A DNA stretch of 64,000 bases from Elusimicrobiota bacterium. GTDB lineage: Bacteria; Elusimicrobiota; Elusimicrobia; UBA1565. The notes under the pieces are model-generated. The model worked only from the letters and a program-made list of their open reading frames with translations. It made no database searches and was not told the origin of the DNA. The translations under genes and the position numbers were made by a program. The stretch is from contig JBDRPD010000054.1 of the NCBI GenBank assembly GCA_043827405.1, positions 32,001 to 96,000 on the forward strand, given 5' to 3'. Within the stretch, counting starts at the first letter, position 1, and each line of letters starts with the position of its first letter. Shown one piece after another: positions 58,193 through 64,000 of this stretch.

Positions 58193-59086
58193 TTGCTGCA
58201 CTTCGCCGTCTCGGGCGTCGACGCGCCGCTGTGGCTGCCGCCGCTGTTCGCTTTTGTCGTCTCCTTTTTCACCTCGATGGGCGGTGTGAGCGGGGCTTTC
58301 CTGCTGCTGCCTTTCCAGGTAAGCGTGCTGGGCTACACCTCGCCGTCCGTCAGCGCCACCAATCAGGTCTACAATATCGCGGCTATCCCCAGCGGCGTCT
58401 ACCGCTATGTGCGCGAAGGACGCATGCTGTGGCCCCTGACCTGGACGGTGATCGTGGGGACTCTGCCGGGAGTCTTTATCGGCTCCTGGGTGCGGGTCGC
58501 CTATCTCCCCGATCCGCAGAACTTCAAGCTCTTCGCCGGTCTGGTGCTGCTCTATATCGGCGGGCGGATGGCGGCGGATGTCCTGCAGAAGAAGACCAAG
58601 GCGGCGGCCGACGTCCAGCCGCGATCATTGGACGCGGTCAGGGTTTTGCGGTTTACCGCCCGCCGTTTGGAGTTCGACTTCGGCGGCGGGACCTACGCCT
58701 TTTCGCCGGCGGGAGTCTTTATTATGTGCCTGTTTGTCGGCATGGCGGGGGGGATCTACGGGATCGGCGGCGGGGCGATACTCGCGCCGGTCTTTGTGTC
58801 GGTGTTCGGCCTGCCGGTCTACGCGGTGGCCGGAGCCACCTTGATGAGCACCTTCGTCACCTCGATAGCCGGCGTCATCTTTTATCACGTCCTCGCCTTG
58901 TACTATACGGGGTTGACCGTGGCTCCCGACTGGCTGCTGGGGCTGCTGTTTGGGGCCGGGGGGGTATGCGGGATGTACTTGGGCGCGCGTTGCCAGCGTT
59001 TTGTTCCGGCGCGGCTGATCAAAGGCGTCCTCTGCTTCTGCATCCTGTTTGTCGCCCTCAAATACGTTATTGGATTTTTTGTCTAA
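58193..59086 (+). CDS. TSUP (TauE/SafE) family transporter
   Basis: GGVSGAFLLLP and GIYGIGGGAILAP repeats; multiple TM helices. Confidence 0.9.
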   Translation: MLHFAVSGVDAPLWLPPLFAFVVSFFTSMGGVSGAFLLLPFQVSVLGYTSPSVSATNQVYNIAAIPSGVYRYVREGRMLWPLTWTVIVGTLPGVFIGSWVRVAYLPDPQNFKLFAGLVLLYIGGRMAADVLQKKTKAAADVQPRSLDAVRVLRFTARRLEFDFGGGTYAFSPAGVFIMCLFVGMAGGIYGIGGGAILAPVFVSVFGLPVYAVAGATLMSTFVTSIAGVIFYHVLALYYTGLTVAPDWLLGLLFGAGGVCGMYLGARCQRFVPARLIKGVLCFCILFVALKYVIGFFV

Positions 59087-59170
59087 TTCGCATAGGACGT
59101 AAGGCCCAACGGCGCACGGGCCTTCGGACCCGACGTCTCCCGCCTGGTTCGTCTATACTTAATAGATCTC

Positions 59171-60112
59171 ATGCGTGTATTTATTTTCCTGCTTTCAGCG
59201 CTTCTTGCCTCGCCGCTTCATGCCGAGCGGCTGGAGTCCGCTGCCCTCTCCGGCGCCGCCGGCTTCGGCGCGCTGCCGCGCATCCAGCCCGCCCCCGTCG
59301 CCGCCCCCGCCGGCATTTCGGTCGTCGATCCGTCGTGGATCGTCGTCGAAGGCCGCGGCGCCGAGCTGGAGCAGGCCAAGCGGCTGTTGATCGCTGCGGC
59401 CGCCATCATCGGCCGCACGCCCACCGGCCAAATTCTCGCCCGCACCTTGACCCAGGGCGGCGGCCGCGTCATCGTCAATAAGGACGGCAGCTTCTACGTT
59501 TCCGACGACGACAACGCCGTCGTCGCCGGTCCCGATTTCGTCAATCCCCGGACGCCGGCCGTGCTCTCGCCCTTGTTTGCGCACGAGCTCGAGCATCTGG
59601 TGCAGGGACAGGGCGGCGTCAAAGGCAAGTCTGCGCGCGGCGCGCGCGAGCTGGGAGCTTTTCTTGTTCAATGCCGCCTTTGGATCGAGGCCGGCGCGCC
59701 CACCAATGACGCCGACTGGGAGCGCAACGGCAGCAACTCGCAGGACATGTGGGCCTGGATCGAATATCCGCACTCCGCCATGGCGGCGCTCAAGCTGCGC
59801 GGAAGGCTGGACTTCAGTTTGGCCGAGCGCAAGGTTCGGCGCTACTGGCGGGATGTCCTAGGCGAAGAGGCGTCCTGGCGCGGGAAGTGGTCGGCGAAAT
59901 TCCCTAAAGATCGCGACAGCCGCGAGGCGGCGCTGTTTATTCTGGAGCAGGCTTCGCGGTTCGCTGAGGGCCGTTTGGGCGGCAAGGTCTCGCCGTGGCT
60001 GCCGGATTATCTTGAAGACCTGGCGGCGGGCCGTTCGCCCAAGCTTCCCGAAGACGCTTCCGCCAAAGACCGCGCCTTTATTGAGACCATGAGTTCCGTA
60101 TTCGGCCGTTAA
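59171..60112 (+). CDS. Exported hypothetical protein with HExxH motif
   Basis: Signal peptide ending LHA; FAHELEHLVQ and downstream RELGAF. Confidence 0.7.
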   Translation: MRVFIFLLSALLASPLHAERLESAALSGAAGFGALPRIQPAPVAAPAGISVVDPSWIVVEGRGAELEQAKRLLIAAAAIIGRTPTGQILARTLTQGGGRVIVNKDGSFYVSDDDNAVVAGPDFVNPRTPAVLSPLFAHELEHLVQGQGGVKGKSARGARELGAFLVQCRLWIEAGAPTNDADWERNGSNSQDMWAWIEYPHSAMAALKLRGRLDFSLAERKVRRYWRDVLGEEASWRGKWSAKFPKDRDSREAALFILEQASRFAEGRLGGKVSPWLPDYLEDLAAGRSPKLPEDASAKDRAFIETMSSVFGR

Positions 60113-60828
60113 GCGGTCTCCCAGATTAGAACCTCGGCGCCGTTTTCAGCTTCGGCGCGCAGCTCCAGAGAGCCCGCTTCGGTAAGCCGCGCGGCGTCGC
60201 CCTGTGCCAACATCCCCGAGCCCGCCAGTTCGGCCGCGCCCTTGGCGATGAAAACGTGAACGTGCTTGGCGCTCGGGATCGGGACCTTTTCGCCGGGCTT
60301 GAGCCGTCCGGCCCACAGCGCCGCGTCCTTCTGGTGGATCATGATCGCCGCGTCCCCGGCTTTGCCGGAGGCGACGCAGACGAGGCCCCCACGGTCGAGC
60401 TGGTCGTTGACGTCGAGCTGCTCATAGCCGGGCCGCACGCCGGCGGTGTCCGGCCGCACCCACATCTGTATCAGCCGTACCGGCGCGGCGGCGCTGGGGT
60501 TCATCTCCGAATGCCAAATGCCGAAGCCCGCGCTCATGCGCTGAATGAGGCCGGGGTATATGACTCCGCGGTTTCCCGTGGAGTCTTTGTGCGCTAGCTT
60601 GCCGTCGAGAACCCAGGTCACGATTTCCATGTCATGGTGCTGGTGCGTCGTAAAGCCGGTGCTCGGCAGGATGATATCGTCATTGAGGACGATCAGCAGG
60701 CCGTGTCCGGTATTGCCCGGCTCGTGATGCGGTCCGAAGTTGAAGGAATGATGCGACTCCAGCCATGGCAGGTCGGTGCGGGCGCGCTCGGCGGCCCGCC
60801 GGATGTCGACGCGCTCGGCGGTCTTCAT
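60109..60828 (-). CDS. Pirin family protein
   Basis: SHHSFNF, LNDD, HQHHDMEIVT, HKDS, MSAG.GIWHSE, IQMW. Confidence 0.93.
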   Translation of the reverse strand: MKTAERVDIRRAAERARTDLPWLESHHSFNFGPHHEPGNTGHGLLIVLNDDIILPSTGFTTHQHHDMEIVTWVLDGKLAHKDSTGNRGVIYPGLIQRMSAGFGIWHSEMNPSAAAPVRLIQMWVRPDTAGVRPGYEQLDVNDQLDRGGLVCVASGKAGDAAIMIHQKDAALWAGRLKPGEKVPIPSAKHVHVFIAKGAAELAGSGMLAQGDAARLTEAGSLELRAEAENGAEVLIWETA

Positions 60829-61412
60829 GCGATGAACTTCCCGGCAAAGGCGATCTCAGCAAGCCGCTTGCGCCCGGAAGGCGCCTCCTGCGCGCGCAAT
60901 TCTTCGGGCAGCTTGATCTTGTCCGCGGGCACGCCGACCGCCGCCATGGCCTGCACCTCGTAGCCTTCGGGTACGTCAAGGTCGGCGCGGGCTCTTTCGT
61001 GATCGAAGCCGCCCATGCCGTGCGCCGCCAATCCCATGGCGGCCGCCTGCAGGGCGAGGCTCATCCAGGCCGCGCCGGTGTCGTAGGCATGCGCGGCGTT
61101 CGGCTGATCATTGTGCTCAAAGTGCGTGCGCGACAGGAAAACGAAGAGGGCGCCGCTCTCTTTGGCCCAGCTTTGGTTGAAGGGAACGAGCAGGTTGAAG
61201 AGCTTGTTCCAGGAGCCGGTCCCCTTGCGGGCATAGACGATGCGCCAGGGCTGGCTGTTGTAGCATGAGGGGGCCCATTTGGCCGCTTCGATAAGCGAGC
61301 GCACCTGTTTTTCCGACAGGGGTTCTCCGCTGAAGGCGCGGGGGGACCAGCGATTGATGAAGAGCTCGTTCACGTCGGCTTCGGGGGTTCGTGTTTTAGC
61401 TGCTGTGCTCAT
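60825..61412 (-). CDS. Nitroreductase family protein
   Basis: RWSPRAF, APSCYNSQPW, YDTGAA, HGMGGF; AGGAG RBS. Confidence 0.93.
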   Translation of the reverse strand: MSTAAKTRTPEADVNELFINRWSPRAFSGEPLSEKQVRSLIEAAKWAPSCYNSQPWRIVYARKGTGSWNKLFNLLVPFNQSWAKESGALFVFLSRTHFEHNDQPNAAHAYDTGAAWMSLALQAAAMGLAAHGMGGFDHERARADLDVPEGYEVQAMAAVGVPADKIKLPEELRAQEAPSGRKRLAEIAFAGKFIA

Positions 61413-61551
61413 ATGGTTTTCTCCTTAGGTCGTCCGCCCATAGTATAGGCGATCAACTATTATTAATCAAATAAATTGATTTAATATAATAAATAGATTC
61501 TATCTATGATGGTATCGCGCCGGTTCCGCGCCGAAAGCTATACTTTCCAGG

Positions 61552-62784
61552 ATGCCGACGCAAAAGAAGCGGGAGATCGAACGCAACCTTCCTCTCTATA
61601 AAATCCTGTCTCTCCTGAAATTCACGCCCTTCATGCTGCCGGTGATCGTGCTGTTCTGGCAGGAGAACGGCATGGATATGTTCGACGTCTATCTCCTGCA
61701 GGGCATTTACGCGGTTTTCGTGGTGCTGCTCGAGGTGCCGACCGGCATGGTGGCCGACCGCATCGGCAAAAAGACGAGCCTGCTCATGGGTCTGTTCGCC
61801 TTCATATTCGCGGTGGCGGTTTACGGCTCGGGTCACTGCTTTCTCACCTTTCTCTGGGCGGAACTCGTGCTGGCTGTAGGGAGCTGCCTGATGTCGGGTG
61901 CCGACAGCGCCCTGCTCTACGATTCGCTCCAGTACCTCGACCGCGAATCCGAGTACCAGCAGCTGGAAGGCGAGGCGCGCTCGCTGGCCATGGTCGGCTT
62001 CGCGGTCTCCAACCTGCTGGGCGGCGTCATCGCCCATATCCTGTCGTTTCGCGCCACGGTGTGGATTACCGGTATCGGACCGATTTTGGCGCTGTTCGCC
62101 GTCTGCGGTCTGCGCGAGGTGCAGATCGTGCGCCGCTCCGCGACGTATAAGGCCGAGGCCGCCGCCTACCTGCGGCTGATCGGGGATGCGCTCAGGTTCG
62201 TGCGCAAGCAGCAGCTTGTGCGCTGGCATATCCTGCTCTTCGCCGTGCTCGGCGCGAGCAGCACCTGGCTGCTGTGGCTGTATCAGCCCTATATGACCTT
62301 ATGCGGCCTGCCGGTTTGGTCGTTCGGCGTAATCTTCGCCCTCTTCAACTTTTTCGCCGCTTTTATGAGCGCCATCGCGCATCGCGTATCCAAGCGCTTC
62401 GGGGACCAGAATACTCTGACGCTGCTGATGAGCCTGCAGATCCTGCCGCCGCTGTTAATGAGCCTGTTCGTGACGCCTCTCAGCTTCCTCTTCATCCTCG
62501 GCCACCAAGCGGTGCGCGCCTTCATGTTCCCGTTCGTGCAGGATCTGGTCCTGCGCCATACTTACGAGGACAAGCGCGCCACCATGCTGTCGCTGTGCGC
62601 CATGTCGAGCCGGCTGTTCTTCGCGCTGACCTGCCCGTTCATCGGGCTGATGGGAAAGCACCTCGCCATACCGACGAACATGGCGGGACAGGTGGTCATG
62701 CTGGTCGTCATTTTCGCTGTGCTGTCGGCGATGTATCTCCGCATTCCAGCCAAATACTTCACCGTGAAGACCAGAGAGGCATGA
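61552..62784 (+). CDS. MFS transporter
   Basis: [14 protein letters not shown] motif [17 protein letters not shown]; about 12 TM helices. Confidence 0.92.
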   Translation: MPTQKKREIERNLPLYKILSLLKFTPFMLPVIVLFWQENGMDMFDVYLLQGIYAVFVVLLEVPTGMVADRIGKKTSLLMGLFAFIFAVAVYGSGHCFLTFLWAELVLAVGSCLMSGADSALLYDSLQYLDRESEYQQLEGEARSLAMVGFAVSNLLGGVIAHILSFRATVWITGIGPILALFAVCGLREVQIVRRSATYKAEAAAYLRLIGDALRFVRKQQLVRWHILLFAVLGASSTWLLWLYQPYMTLCGLPVWSFGVIFALFNFFAAFMSAIAHRVSKRFGDQNTLTLLMSLQILPPLLMSLFVTPLSFLFILGHQAVRAFMFPFVQDLVLRHTYEDKRATMLSLCAMSSRLFFALTCPFIGLMGKHLAIPTNMAGQVVMLVVIFAVLSAMYLRIPAKYFTVKTREA

Positions 62785-62785
62785 T

Positions 62786-64000
<1,215 letters not shown>

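Overview
GC-rich bacterial chromosomal window with about 57 protein-coding genes and no rRNA, intact tRNA, CRISPR array, transposase or integrase. The style of its many exported hypothetical proteins suggests Elusimicrobiota (inference, unverified). Housekeeping and stress genes include uup-like ABC-F, aldehyde dehydrogenase, adk, beta-carbonic anhydrase, oxyR, an HcpR-like Crp/Fnr regulator, rubrerythrin, glnS, bfr, class I fumarase, tdh, gpmI, pirin, nitroreductase and glpK. These are interleaved with exported proteases: a subtilase, a CPBP protease, three caspase-fold (clan CD) enzymes, two HExxH proteins and a PGRP-like amidase. Strongest leads: (1) an exported TPR-CHAT protease and its co-operonic LPP20/DUF4384 partner share a KKMGVxG motif, a candidate enzyme/substrate cleavage signal; (2) two unrelated membrane proteins share a ~215-aa N-terminal leader (signal peptide, SLKSxLPT, FD[NG], TPAP..WR); (3) a GGNCC-N3-GGNCC motif recurs upstream of exported-protein genes; (4) a 2.4-kb GNAT/ORF6N/ORF6N cassette array is punctuated by degenerate att-like repeats and ends in a tRNA-Gln-like 3' fragment; (5) a CxxCH/RAPP upstream peptide precedes a metal-uptake operon that lacks an ATPase gene; (6) a terminator-containing structured leader precedes the subtilase operon. 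All calls come from reading the sequence; no database searches were run.
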